Shown here: one piece after another, positions 1 to 12,149 of the stretch
Numbering within the stretch: position 1 is the stretch's first letter
Layout: each line of letters begins with the position of its first letter
Assembly (NCBI GenBank): GCA_010093605.1
Contig: MU004184.1
Coordinates: 444,801 to 508,800 of the forward strand
Length of the DNA stretch: 64,000 nt
From: Lophium mytilinum
Lineage: Eukaryota
Direction: 5' to 3'
Program-made: the position numbers and the translations under genes
The notes under the pieces: model-generated
The model's database searches: none
The model's input: the letters and a program-made list of their open reading frames with translations, nothing else
Told to the model about the DNA's origin: nothing

Positions 1-1751
1 CCGCCAGCCATGATCCTTCCGTTAATTCCTGGCATTTAAACAGTGGCTGATTCCTAGCTAGGGCTTTCGGGCATGGAAGCGCTTGTAGGGGAGGCGACGA
101 GTCGTTTGGAACCATGTATCTGCTTGATACGCGATTGCTAGGAACGAAGGCCCTTGGTTTATTATTAGCAATGCGGTCACCATGATCAGGCATTGATATC
201 GTACCTTCGTCTTCCATCTTCTCGAACTGCCCATGCAAGACGTTTCATCTTTACTCTTGGTACATGAGGCACCCTCTAGCCTATGGGCGGTGTAGGTTAT
301 GACAAACAGGGAGAAAAACCCTGACATGGCTTCGCGGAAAACTGTGCCTGGAACCGCGTCCAGACATGATCAAGCGTAGGGAGGCGATGCGAGTTACTAG
401 AAGCGGACGCAGGTGGAATATTCTAGGTCGGTTTGATCTTGGAAACGAGGAAGGTTGACGCATCCTGCAGTTCATCAACGTCGCTCAGCTGTGAGCTGCT
501 AGCAGCGTCCATTTCCTCGAGGATCTCGTGTGTAGTGACCAATTTGCTGATGCTGATCTTGTTTTCGCTTGCTCAAATTGTGCCAGGCGGGACGTTATGC
601 CTTCCGGTCTGCTTCGCAGTAGCCTTGTTCGTCTTCTTCATGTTCCCGACAGGCGAAGCGGCGGTGATGTCCCTGCCTCCACAGCGACCACCACGGCTCG
701 GTCGGCAATCACGGCGACTCTTGAGGATACCATGGAATGACTCCTTGCGTTTGCCGGTCGTTGTGGATGTAGGCGACGTGTTGTCTCCGCGGTCTGCACC
801 CCCATGTGGGCCAATCCTCTTTCTGGAAGCTATGCTCCACAAAATCGGAGGCGCCTATGTCGGCAGCTCGAATTCCAAAGCGCTCGGCGTATCTGCGTGC
901 TTTGTTTTTCTGATCGGATGGGATCCATGTATGAGACTGTTGCGGGACGGTCTGTTTTCGGAGGTGGCGTCGAGAGGATGCGGACGGCGATTCAGGGGGT
1001 TGAAGGGTCTTGTCGAGTACTCTAAGCTGCCAGTGCATCCATAAAGATGCATGGGATTTGTTCATTTCCAGCTCAACTTTTTTCTGCCCTGGCCCAGAGC
1101 CTAAGAGCGTTTCTTCCTCCGCGGTCGCAACAGGTTCTTCTTCCTTAAAAGTCAACAAAAGCAGTGGCCACCGCCCCCATTATCTCGCATTTTGTGAGGA
1201 CAAGACTATGCTTAGACGGCTCGGGTAGCTCCAAGCTTTCTTTGGTATCTTACAATGCTATGATGTTCTTGAAGTATTTTTACGTGATTCCCTGAAACAA
1301 ATTTAGCGAAAAGTCGCAGAAGCGTCGAATCAGCGGAAGTGAAGTCGACGGCGCCTGATGGCATTCCTCATGTAGCTTACCGGGAAGCTCTCATATTCTC
1401 CTGATCTCCGGACGTAGTGTGGAATCGAATGGACCATTCGTTCCCATTCGAGCCAGTTGTCAGATGGTTCTGAGCGGCGCTGACGGGAGAGCGATGAAGG
1501 GGGAGGCGTAGTTGCAGAAGAGAGGCGGGGAGAAGGGAGCCGAGGGCGGCACAGTAGCTCTGTAGTTGATATGGGCAATTCCCGGGCGGTGATGGATGTT
1601 GAGGTCTGGTGGCGTAAAATTCGTGGTGTTGCAACCGGTGGCTGAACCACGCAGTGGCTGATCAGGATTCAGCGCCAATGACGTCAACGCCCCCGAAGAC
1701 ATAGCTTTGCCAATGTAGAAGACCTATGCACAGCTGGATTGGGGTTCTATG

Positions 1752-1802
1752 TATGATATCGAAATGCCGGTCGCAGGTATGATATCGAAATGCCGGTCGC
1801 AG
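1752..1802. repeat. Short tandem duplication (~26 bp x2)
   Basis: GTATGATATCGAAATGCCGGTCGCAG occurs twice head to tail. Confidence 0.9.
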
Positions 1803-3515
1803 TAACAGGCGTCAATTTTTGTAGCGCCGGACGGCAGCTGGCCCTTGTAGAGCATGATTGGCCCCCGGAGGTTCCTCAACGCCTCGGAGGGGCCTGTGCG
1901 TGGCGGAAAGCGCAGGCTTCTCGCATCGTGATGCTCTCTATGGTCTGATTCTGGAAGCGCCAGTTTTGGGGAGGTATGCCCTTGCAGTGGCGAGTTTAGG
2001 GAGACCCCAAACAAAAGTCACGATGCTGAAGCAGCGCGGAGCTCCTTTCTCCAGCATTTGGAGCTTCACGAGAGACTCTCTTCATGTCTGTACTTATCTT
2101 CCTGCTCGTGAATGCAGTGACAGCCAGAGGTTTTGCGCGGCGGAGAAGCGCTCCGGACACGATGCGCAGCTCCCAGACAGGGCTCAAAGCTCCAACTTGG
2201 GCATAGGTGATGCCTCTACAGCTATAGATAAATTGACGATCAATGCGGCGGCCTCTCGTGAGTGCTGCTTGTTCAATGACTTACTGACGGACGAGAAATG
2301 ATGCCGTTTTCTAGTACTGGCGTCCCCGGCTCCTCTCAGGGCAAGGTCACGGCATCAAGGCTTTCTCTGAGAGCGAGGAGGATCGGAATGAGATGAAAAA
2401 TAGATGACCTGCAATTTGTACGATCCTCGCAACAAAGCACATACTTCGTAACGCAGTGACAGACATAATTTCGGGCATTTTCCCAGCTCCGACAAGAGCG
2501 GCATATATCGAGGCGTGCACAGCAGCAACACTATGTGCCTAGGTGCCACCACCTACTGCAATATACACTCATCATGTCCTGCGACAGCTCTGCCGCTCCT
2601 GAATTGAGAAGCCTGTGATGCTGCGAGACAATGCCGCCCTCGCGCGAGGTGCCTGGACCGGGTTGACGCCGCCAACCTCAACACTACCGGCGATGAAGAT
2701 CTGTCCCCGACTACAGAGAGCTATCTAGCAGTCCTTACTGAGTGAAGGATGCCCCGCGGAATTCATGATGCAGTGACAGAGACTATGTGGCGAGTTCAAA
2801 TTCATGCGATGGCCTGCCTGTCTCCGGGTTTTGCGCGCAACCAAACCATTCCCGACCCTCACAATGCATCGCAGATATACCCGTAAAGCTTCAAGGACGG
2901 CTTTTACTCGCCAGCTGGCCGAGTGTGTCTGTCAAGCCCTTCGCTGGCTGCGGCGCCGCCCGCGCACGAGAATGGTGGTTGCGCAGGTCCAACTCGTCAC
3001 TGCCCTCAACACCATGGCTTCGCCGTCAGTCGCTGTGGCAGACGTAGCTCTGAGAGAGCTTCGAAGAGCTCACTCCTCTGCCTGTCGGCAGCATTGACGG
3101 CTTGTCTCGCCGTGGTGCCACCCGCGCGCGCTCCACCGCCCTCAACACCACGCAAAGTTCCAGGACGATCACCACTTGTATCCTGCAGATACATGACTGC
3201 CATGTGGCTTCGCCATGCGGCACATCCAGAGAGCACGAAAAGCTTAGCACGCGTTGCCGCTTGCTCATGAGAGTCAAAGACATGATGGTCACCATCGGCA
3301 TCACCATTGGAAACGGGCGTCGCTCAGCATGGAGGGAAAGCGATAGTCAGCATCACGTAGCGATTAGACGAATCGTGGGTGCAAAGCATTGATGCTGCGC
3401 ATCAACAACTCCGGGCAGCAACACCAAGGCGGGGCGGCGACGCGTCCCTTCATCAAGTGAAACACCAAAGCGAACATCACGATCCAGCAATAGAAGTGAA
3501 GTACCAAAGATAGAG

Positions 3516-3564
3516 AAGCTTCTTCTTTGAAGACCCAGACAAGCTGAGCAGATCAATGAAAAAG
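3516..3564 (-). terminator. Conserved hairpin downstream of U4 (candidate 3'-processing/termination signal)
   Basis: 45/49 identical to 17929-17977 (downstream of U2); folds on the minus strand with compensatory changes between copies. Confidence 0.65.
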
Positions 3565-3585
3565 GTTGAGGAAAGATCCTCGAGT

Positions 3586-3773
3586 TGGGGGTTCCAAAAA
3601 TTCCCTGCCGATCCGAAGACCAGCAGGAGCGGTCAGGTTGGGTAGTTTTCAACCAGCAAAAGACACGGGCTCGGACGACTCCTCACTGCCACGCGTAATG
3701 CCCTGTGATGATTGTTAGTGAGAAGCCAGGAGAGGAAAGGATGGGGGAGGGGAGACTTGCCTTGCACTAGGAT
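3586..3773 (-). ncRNA. U4: U4 spliceosomal snRNA containing one 58-nt GC-AG intron (exon 1 3773-3761, intron 3760-3703, exon 2 3702-~3586)
   Basis: Spliced read AUCCUAGUGCAAG|GGCAUUACGCGUGGCAGUGAGGAGUCGUCCGAGCCCGUGUCUUUUGCUGGUUGAAAACU... matches the fungal U4 layout: k-turn 5' stem-loop (CAGUGAGG...CCGAG), stem I UUUGCUGGUU, 3' hairpin with C(UUCG)G, Sm site AAUUUUUGG (3602-3594). Intron reads GCAAGT...CACTAAC...CACAG. Spliced length ~130 nt; ends approximate. Confidence 0.9.
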
Positions 3774-3806
3774 GAAGAACATAACTTGGTCCGGCGGCCG
3801 AGAAGG

Positions 3807-3865
3807 TTTTATAGCTGCCAGCCAGGCGCTAATCGAGTGATGACTCATCAGCGCTAGGCAGTTTA
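3807..3865 (-). promoter_or_regulatory. snRNA promoter: TATA box plus 29-bp upstream element with TGACTCA palindrome
   Basis: GTGATGACTCATCAGCGCTAGGCAGTTTA at 3837-3865 is identical to 18344-18372; minus-strand CTATAAAA near 3807-3814, ~35-40 nt upstream of the U4 5' end. Confidence 0.75.
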
Positions 3866-3884
3866 ACAGCAGGCAGTCTAATCG

Positions 3885-3993
3885 TGCCATGGTGCCTGGG
3901 GCCGTGCGGTCTTCAACGCACGGCCCCAGGCACCATGGCAGGGTACCTACACTACAGAGGGGTGGTGCCTGGGGCCGTGCGTTGGAGACCGCA
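3885..3993. repeat. Perfect 24-bp inverted repeat plus a third inverted copy
   Basis: 3885-3908 and 3917-3940 are exact reverse complements (8-nt loop); 3964-3993 is the reverse complement of 3905-3934 with one mismatch. Confidence 0.9.
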
Positions 3994-6900
3994 GACTTCC
4001 GCCACATTCCACGACATTCTACACCAAGCACGAGCTCCCCACCAGGTTTCCATAGGCCGGCTGCGCGGAGAGTGCCGGCATCGGTGGAAGTATCACGTGA
4101 GCATCCAGCCTTTGTACCAATGCATAGGCCCTCAACCAGTACGTAAAGTAGGTGCACACATTTCTATGTTTTGTACTCCTCGACTCCATGAGCTACTGCA
4201 GCGGCTGTCTCACCTCTCTATCCATGCTTTCTTACGAAGTGAAGTGTTCTGCCTTGAGAGATTAGTTATCTAGTAAGAAAAGATGAGATATTGCTTTCAA
4301 GTCTGCTTCTGCGACCATCCTGCGCGTATCAAAGAGTGAAAAGGTGTCCGATTAGTAAAAGAGCCTCTAGATACACAGTGAAATGATGTGGTGAACTCTC
4401 TCTGCAAAGGGCTGGCGCTCCAGCAAGCAAAAACCGGTCAAGCCTGGGCACGGAAGAGCAAGCAGGAACCATGAGAGTCTAGAGGAGGCGACAGAAGATA
4501 CAAAACGCCCTCATCTTCAAGTCCACCACATATTCTAAGAGCAGCAGCGAACAATCCATCCACGGAGTAGTCTCGCTGATCTCTTGGAGACGGACCAAGG
4601 CGCATTTTTTCAATCGTGTTCTAGCAATAGCGGCTGAGTAAGGGATGAGACTTTCTCGACTATGTCTATCGCTGACATGTGTTTCGGGAAAAGATTGTGG
4701 ACTGTGTAGCGTGCTGATGAGCTAGGCAAGGCTTCGAAATACGAAAGGCAATGTTTGAGGCGGTCGGGAAAGCAAGAGATTGAGCTGTATCGCGATGCTC
4801 GACTTTATGACCTAACTGTCTTATTTCTGACAGCACTGCGATGGTGAGCTGGACTCGTGAGGCAACTTAGAACGGTAGGATATCCAACGGGTTGAGAGAT
4901 AATTGAAGGAATCAAAGCCATGATTATAGGCGTGCACACTACTAGGGAGGCCTACCTAAAGTCCGGGGGCCGTATACTAGGTCGTCAGACGCAGTTCCCG
5001 CCCGGCGTAATCCCTGCGGTCCGCGCCGAGAACTTAGCATTCTAGATCATGTTCAGCTGTTGATATATATACCGCATATCGTAATCCGGGTGCCAGGTTA
5101 GGAGCCCCCCAGCATTTGGTGTTCACGGTTTCTCGTGCATCTCGAGAGGTTCGAGAAGATACATTCAGTATCCTGGCAAACAATCGGGCAATGGAAGTCG
5201 AGAACGCGGATGACACAATCGAAGAATGATGCTATCTGAGGTCCCCAACACTCACAGTAAATATGTTTAAGATGTCGACAGCTGAACTAAAATGGTCCAA
5301 ACCTAATTCATTGTAGCTCCTACCCTCTACAAAATGTAGATTGGGTATTCACGCCTAGCGCAATGGCAGATGCTCCTTGAAACCGCAAGCGCTCCCAACC
5401 TTGCACCATCGTCCTTTCCATGATCCGGTCTTCTTCCCATGAACTACTGATTCGGGCAGAGAAAGGTCGCAACACTTCAGAAGAATCGGCCCAAATTGTC
5501 TGTCATCTTCCTCCCATTGCATCTCCGACAGCGTAACCTAAGACACCGACTCCTCCTGAAGTCATCTCTCCGGGCTTTGGGCACAGGATTGTCGTCCCTA
5601 AGAGCTGCGATTCTTCTTCAGTCTTGTCTGTGTGTAGTTGAAGTAATCAGTCGTTGAGCGTCACATCCTATTTGACCCCAAATCCACCAGGCCGAGTCTC
5701 TCCCGCGCCGTAGTAGCCCAGATGTGGTAGCCTGACGAATATTTTCAAGTCTCGCCTTCGAGCTTGAGTGTCTCCAACAGTTCGGAGCTGAGAGGGTCGT
5801 GTACCAAATCTTCGTCGATCTCGTCAACCAGGAATACAATGTCTTCCAGGGTGGCTCACTTGCGGACATCGTCGAATGGGAAAGCGGGCAAGACAAACAG
5901 GTTGTGTCAGACCACCGAAGGATGTCTTGCAGCGTGGCACTGCTGCGGAGGTCGTCGAAAGAGAAGCGAGGAAGACACGCCGTTTGTGGCAGGCCATGTC
6001 AGCACTGCCAGACTCGCGCAGAAGAGGGAGAAGTCGGCCCATGATAGTATTTGCTTTGTCGTCTCCCTCCCATTTCATCTCCGGCGGGGTTGGCCAAGGT
6101 TTGAGTTCTTCCTCGAACTACCACTTAGGGCATCATATCGTCTTCTCAGAGAGAAACACACCACGGTTCGCGAGAAGAAGGGCGCAGAGTCGGCCCTCGA
6201 TTGTCTTTACCTTGTCATCTCTCTCTAGCTTCTTTCCCGGCAGCATGGACGAGGGCGCTACATCCTCCTCGCGCAAATGCTAGGTCGTCGTTCTCGACGA
6301 AGTCTTTCTTGAAATTTGAGGCAGCTCATCATCGAGCGACCAGGCGAGCAAGACACCAAGGTTGTGCCAGGTCACAGTGGAACTCTCCGGCTCGCGCGGG
6401 AGAGCTTTGGAGGCTACGGATTGAGCTCAGCCGCCTCATTTGCCCTCCACACGTCCCGTTAGGCATCATTTGCCCTCAACTGGCGCTCATGCTATGTCCC
6501 CTGGCGTTCGGGGCCTTCGTTATTGAAACCGATTGTCGCGTATACCGGAGCCGAGCGGAGGATTGAGATTGAAGGGGGCCGAGAGGAAGGATTCGGCCTA
6601 CAGAAGCGCTGTGATGATGTCAATCGTTAGCGGAGATAACGTGAATAATATTGAAAGGGTTTCGCTTACCGAAAGCTAAAACTAAGCATTACAATGGCCA
6701 GAAAGTGTTCTCGGTGCCGGAGTAGTCGGGACCATGCTTGCCATCCAACGGTGCTGTCCCCAGTGATCTTGACTACGAAAACGACAAATCTCGTGACGTC
6801 TGCCGCGAACCACGTTCATTCACGGAGAAAGATCGTCATCAACTTGAACGATCAACTTGAATACGCGGCGTCACTTTCTCAATGAAGACGCAAAGATCGA

Positions 6901-7214
6901 GAATGTTGGCAGCACCAATTTGCGCACGGTATAGGGAGAGCGAGTAATAGAAGCTATGAGAGCGACAATTCGTGAGGATTAGACAAGCCCTACTAACTGT
7001 CTCGTCCGTCTCCCCGATCATCCTCCCTGAATTTTTGCTGTCGCTCGCAGTCTGTCGTTTCCGTGGGCCTCCTCGGTCTTTCCTTTCCGCATTGATGAAA
7101 GCCTCAACGAAGCAGTTCACGTCTCCATCGGAATGCAGGAGACACTGCATAGGCCTTCTCCGTGTCAATCAATCGGAATCAAACTTGGTCTTGAAAAATG
7201 TAAAAGAGCTACAT

Positions 7215-8000
7215 TAATTAGCGCAATGTGATCAGAAGAGATGCATTTGTGGCTCACCTTCGGCGGGCAGCTCTTCAGCTTCCTCATAGGTGAGGAGTTG
7301 CGCAGCATCCTTGCAAGTGAGGACTTGCGCAGCTTCCTTGTAGGTGAAGATTTCCGAACCTTCTGGATCAGTGGCTCGAGGCCCCGTGAGGTAGCGTAAG
7401 ATATCTCTGCCAATCTGGTAGTCGGACCGGCTCTCATGCTCGGCTAGAGACGACCTTCAAAGCATTCCAGGAATCGAATGATGTGGATTGGTGAGGTCAG
7501 GTTGAAGAAGGCATAGCCGACGTCGCAGTCTGATTTGCAGTCCATGCGCAAATACATGAAGTCAATCAGTCCTCGACAGCCGGTATCCCATAGCAAACGG
7601 AGAAGTTGTTCCTGAGGAGTGTTAGTTGATGCTACACAAGCAAGGAAGAAGGTGCTTACATCAGTCATCTTGTTTGGGATATTGCGTAACATGATGGTAG
7701 TTGGCACCCGATTTGGAATCCATCCGAAGATACATGAAGTCAAGCAGTCCTCATCCCACAGCAACCGAAGAAGTTGTTCCTGAGATTGTTAGTCGATGCT
7801 ACACAAGCAAAGAAGAAGGCGCTTACATCAGTCACTTTGTTTGGAATATCCCGCAGCATGATGGTCTTTCGCACATCGGACCCATCCAGGATGTGAGCAT
7901 AGGAGACGGTGTTATCATGAGCATTCCAGGTGCGTCCGTTTCGGTAGAACGCAATGAATCGGACGAACGAATCCTTTGCATACGACTTAGTTGTCCGGCC
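7215..8000 (-). pseudogene. Mei2-like RRM (RRM_2) pseudogene with internal duplication and premature stop
   Basis: Motifs DVRKTIMLRDIPNK / TTIMLRNIPNK, IDFMYLRMD..DVGYAFFN and AEISYA...LIQKVRKSS; introns 7826-7780 and 7659-7612; in-frame TAG at 7446-7444; no clean start found. Boundaries approximate. Confidence 0.75.
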
Positions 8001-8504
8001 GGGTCGTGCGCGTAGTCATGGTTGGGGCTTGTTGGGTGGTGAAGTGGTGCGAGCAGCCCAACGAATTTAAGGTTGTAGGTGAGGAAGCGAGCTAGGCCTG
8101 CACGTGACCGCTGTCACTGAGCAGTCCCGCCCGTGACCCGCACGCTATTGCCTTTAATGTCTACTGAGTATGGCTCTAGTAGTCGCTGCATCTTCCTCCA
8201 TATGTTTCGATACACTGGATGATTTTAAGAAGATTAAAAGAATCAAATTCACGAAGTCACACTCCTTCAAGATTCACGCAGGTAGGCATCGAAGCCTACT
8301 TCAAGACTTTTAGAGCGAACATATGAAATATTCACCAGGACAGATGCTTCTAAGAACTAATCTTTACCACTCTCTCCTTCAAATTGTCTGGCCCCTTTAC
8401 CCTACGTGGCACGAACGCTTCTCATTTCAACTATATCTTCATTTTTCCTTTCTCAGCTATTATTGTCCGCACCATCCCGACAGCATCTCTAACATCCCGG
8501 CGAA

Positions 8505-9031
8505 ATGGCGTCCTGCCACGATCCATCGAGCTCCCATACCAGCCCCGATCGCCGCGCCCGCGCCATGTTGGCACCACGCCGGCAAACCCTGGGAGAGCTC
8601 GCTAAATCAATGAGCGTAGCCAAGACCATCCCTCTTCCACCCTTCGACGACGTAAGCCCCCAAAGCCCCTACTCTTGTCTAGCAATTGTTAATAGCACCA
8701 ATAGGCGGGCATCGTTGTCGCCCCACCGGTTCCCATCATCTCTACGGTTACCGTCAATGCGGCCTCTCCCACCGACCTCATCGCGCCCGTTGTTGCGCCG
8801 GCCGTGCGAACTCCGGCCATCACTCGGGAGGAGATCAACCTCGTAGCTGGTACGTTATGTTCCTCTCTTCTCTCTTTTGGGACGATAGCTGACTTGTGTG
8901 CTTTGTATGTAGCCCCTACCCTTGCCACGGTCTCGGCGCCGTCGCCTCGCCGTCGTGAGAGAGCTGGCTCATTGCGCCGCCTGCGTGACTGGTTGGCGCG
9001 GGTTTTCCGTGGGAAGAGTAGAGAGGAGTAA
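8505..9031 (+). CDS. Small hypothetical protein, 3 exons (introns ~8652-8704 and 8850-8912)
   Basis: GTAAGC...TAG and GTACGT...GCTGAC...TAG introns join an open frame of ~135 aa; no recognisable domain. Confidence 0.4.
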
Positions 9032-9256
9032 CACCGGGGGTGCTCTGCTGCGTGTTGTGTCTGTAGGCGTAATGTGAAAGAGACCGTGGGCGGCCTTGGG
9101 GTTTTAGGTAGTAATGAGAATGAATCCTGTCTTATCGAGCATTTGATCTGCTTCTGACTGTGAAGTCTGACTGCTTGTGGCTGGTGCGCTGGATTGGAAG
9201 GTAGATCTATACGCTTTGACAATGCTGGAGTTTCTTTGGGTGGACAGAAGTGTTTG

Positions 9257-9339
9257 GAGGAAGATACAATGCCTAACCAGGTTGAGGAAGATCCAATGCC
9301 TAACCAGGTTGAGGAAGATCCAATGCCTAACCAGGTTGA
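9257..9339. repeat. 27-bp tandem repeat x3
   Basis: GAGGAAGAT(A/C)CAATGCCTAACCAGGTT three times. Confidence 0.9.
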
Positions 9340-11019
9340 AAAACTATGGTTTGATTATTGGATTTCTTTCTCGATATATGCATTGGATCCTCCCATGTTG
9401 AAGCGATGAGTTTAGGCCCGTACTGGCAAGGCGCTAGCAGTATCTGAAACTCATTAATGTGCCAATTGTGATGAACCGAAACGTGTTTGTCCAATGCTGA
9501 TAGCTCTTACGGATGCCTCGTGACATACTGAATATGATTCAGCGACATATCCGGATGGTTGACGTATACTAGGGCTTCGAAGTCAGAGCTTAGAATGAAA
9601 TCTTTAAGACTCCTACAACTTCCCGCAATTGAAAGGGCGGGAATCTGCTTAATCAACATGAGTGCGAGGTTCTCGATTCCCGGGTAGATGTTCTTGGATT
9701 CTCGCTTCCATGTTTGAACCCACATAGGTTTGTACAGGACGGCCCTCAAGCCCAGTACATGAAGCGTGCCCAGAGAAAAGGGCAATTGCATGACTAAACA
9801 GTGGATGGAGAGTTGTTCCGGGAGCTGAATTGCCGAAAGTTCGATGTGTGTTGCCACCATAACGGGGACTACTTGGACCGTCGCAGCCTTGCTCGACTCT
9901 GCAGCCACGATGAACCACATCCAGCGGAAGCTGGGGGAGCATTTTGAGGAGCAGTCAAGTTCCCTGACCGTTCATAGCGGAATGGCCCCGCACTTCCATT
10001 GACAACAATACTCTTTCAGGTCATTGTCGATTGCTTGTCCGATTTCGATAGCGCTCTCTTTCATGCCTTTGGTCTGCCATTCTTCATCCCCCTCCTCCTT
10101 CAACATCAGCTTAGTCGTGTCCTCTTTATCGGTCGCGGCTCGGTAAAGACTTTGACGGTGTGATCTTATACTTAACCTTTGTCAGGTTCCAGAGAAACAT
10201 TGGGATTGTGAAGAGTCCGCTAGAGAACTGGGAACACCCACGACGACGGATCCCATTGCACTCAACCTCTTCATCTTCCCCATCCTCGTACGGATGTTTT
10301 CCGTTCCAAATCGTTCTCGCCACGTCAGAACGGTCGAAGCGGGGGGTGACAGAGACCGCAGAGAAAAGCATGCGGCGAAGAGGCAACCCAAAGTATCTTC
10401 CGAGAGGCTTCTATGTTTGAGCAGCATCAGCTGATCGAGGATGGAATCGGTTCGGTTGGGAGGAGAAGGAGAAGGGGGCGTGTTTTTCTGCGGTTTCTGG
10501 AGGAGGAACTTTCCAAGCGATCGGAAAGTAGACTTGCGAATTTTTGCTATGCATGCCTGTATTGTAGAGACGCGTCAGAGATGGAAAGGAGATGAGGAGG
10601 GGACATGAAACGGTGCTGATGACCTCTTGTTTATCCTGGAGCTCATGTTATCGAGATTTCGCACTCGGCTGGACTAGGAGGGAATCTTGCCGATGAGGAC
10701 GTTCTGCTGTCTCGGTCAAGACGCGTCGCCCCAATGCCGTACTCTGAAAACGCGTCGGCTCGGCCGGCTGGTGGATGCCCACTTGAGGCCAACCTGGATT
10801 GCTTCATCATGAGGCTGATGTTGTTTGTTCATTGTGTCCCACCCGGGCAGCAACACTGCAAGTCATGTCCCAAGGACTTGTCGCAGCTGCGCTGGGCCAG
10901 CACTTCCAGCATAGCGGCGTAGTATAATTGTAGGATAGCAGCGTCATATGGTCGCAGAATAGCAGCGCCTTCGTCGTATCCTAACAGCATGCCACTACAG
11001 CTGCATCTCAGAGAGATTT

Positions 11020-11066
11020 CTTCTTCTTCGACGACCCAGACAAGCTGAGTGGATCGATGAAAAAGG
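11020..11066 (-). terminator. Third copy of the snRNA downstream hairpin
   Basis: 42/47 identical to the U4 copy; substitutions largely keep pairing. Confidence 0.6.
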
Positions 11067-11067
11067 T

Positions 11068-11151
11068 GTGTGTCACCCGAGGTAGTGCAATATGGGCAAC
11101 GCAGTGTGGTTTTAACGATTGGGTGCCCGCTCACTAGGCATCACAGGTTAT
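11068..11151 (-). ncRNA. Candidate ~85-nt U2-related small RNA, or truncated U2 relic, retaining stem-loop IV
   Basis: CUGCGUUGCCCAUAUUGCACUACCUCGGGUGACAC aligns to SL IV of the U2 at 18 kb and still folds. It is followed by the third copy of the snRNA downstream hairpin (11020-11066), with TGACGTCA ~75 nt upstream. Confidence 0.4.
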
Positions 11152-12149
11152 GAAGGGGGAGAAATGGTTCGAGGCGTGGGCTGCTTGAGTATTTCAAGAG
11201 TTCTTCAGCGAGCCATGGCATTGGATGACGTCACCACAGCAACGCCAGGGCAGGTTCGTGTTCACTCAAAGGTGAACCAAGATGCGGCGCCAGGATGGAG
11301 GAGTTCCGGCCGAGTTATCGGTCATGGAAGCTCCTCAATGGGAGGTCATGTCCAGGCATTGATATACGGAAACATGAGCCTTTGAGCGGCAATTCAAGTA
11401 TTTAGATTACGAACAACTCTGTAGCATAGCTTCTTACTCTGGAACATCATCCTAGCGCATCGAAGTAGGTAACAATAGCTCTATCTGTAGAGACTTAGCT
11501 AAATGTCATCTCTCAGTTGGCGAAACGTGCGAAGCATAGCGGAGCCTAGATGAAAGAAAGGTTCGCAACCTCAATTTGAAGCACGAACCCTCAGCTTTCT
11601 TGAACGGATGCCCCAAGATGCAAATATATCACTTGCCAAGTCCTGGGACACAGTGAGGCGTTGGGAGAGTGATCAATCCACTATTGGCTTTGCACTAAGA
11701 ACTTGGAAAGAATGGCTCTTTTTCCCTGGAGACCTTATGATGAAAACTCCCAGTCCGGATCCCAACTCCTAGCTTGTTTGGATAAAACTTGAACAAGACG
11801 AGAAATATTCGAAATATATAGGAAACAACGCTCCCTTCCGTTTACTTCGAACCCCTAAATCTCTCTGTCTCCTACCTCTTCGAACATATATCCCTGAAAT
11901 GTACACACAGCGTAGCCATGTTGCCGCCTAGCATGACGCGGAGTGAGGATTGGATGGGAAAGATATTTTTCCCGCCATAATTGTTGCCCGGTGGGGATCC
12001 CGAAGCTTCGTTGGCGGGGCGTGCAGACAGTGCCTTGGATGCTGGGATTGAGGTCAGCCAGGGCCTGAGATGCTTTAGCGAAGGGGGTGCAGAGCTGTAT
12101 ACCGTCGTCTGGGTGACCCTTATGCGTTCATGGTTTGTTCCAATGTTGT

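Noticed and set aside
4345..4372. Minus-strand GCTCTTTTACTA resembling U5 loop 1
   Set aside because: Not the invariant GCCUUUUAC; no closing stem, Sm site, promoter element or downstream hairpin seen
9257..9339. 27-bp repeats as a CRISPR array
   Set aside because: No spacers, eukaryotic context; simple minisatellite
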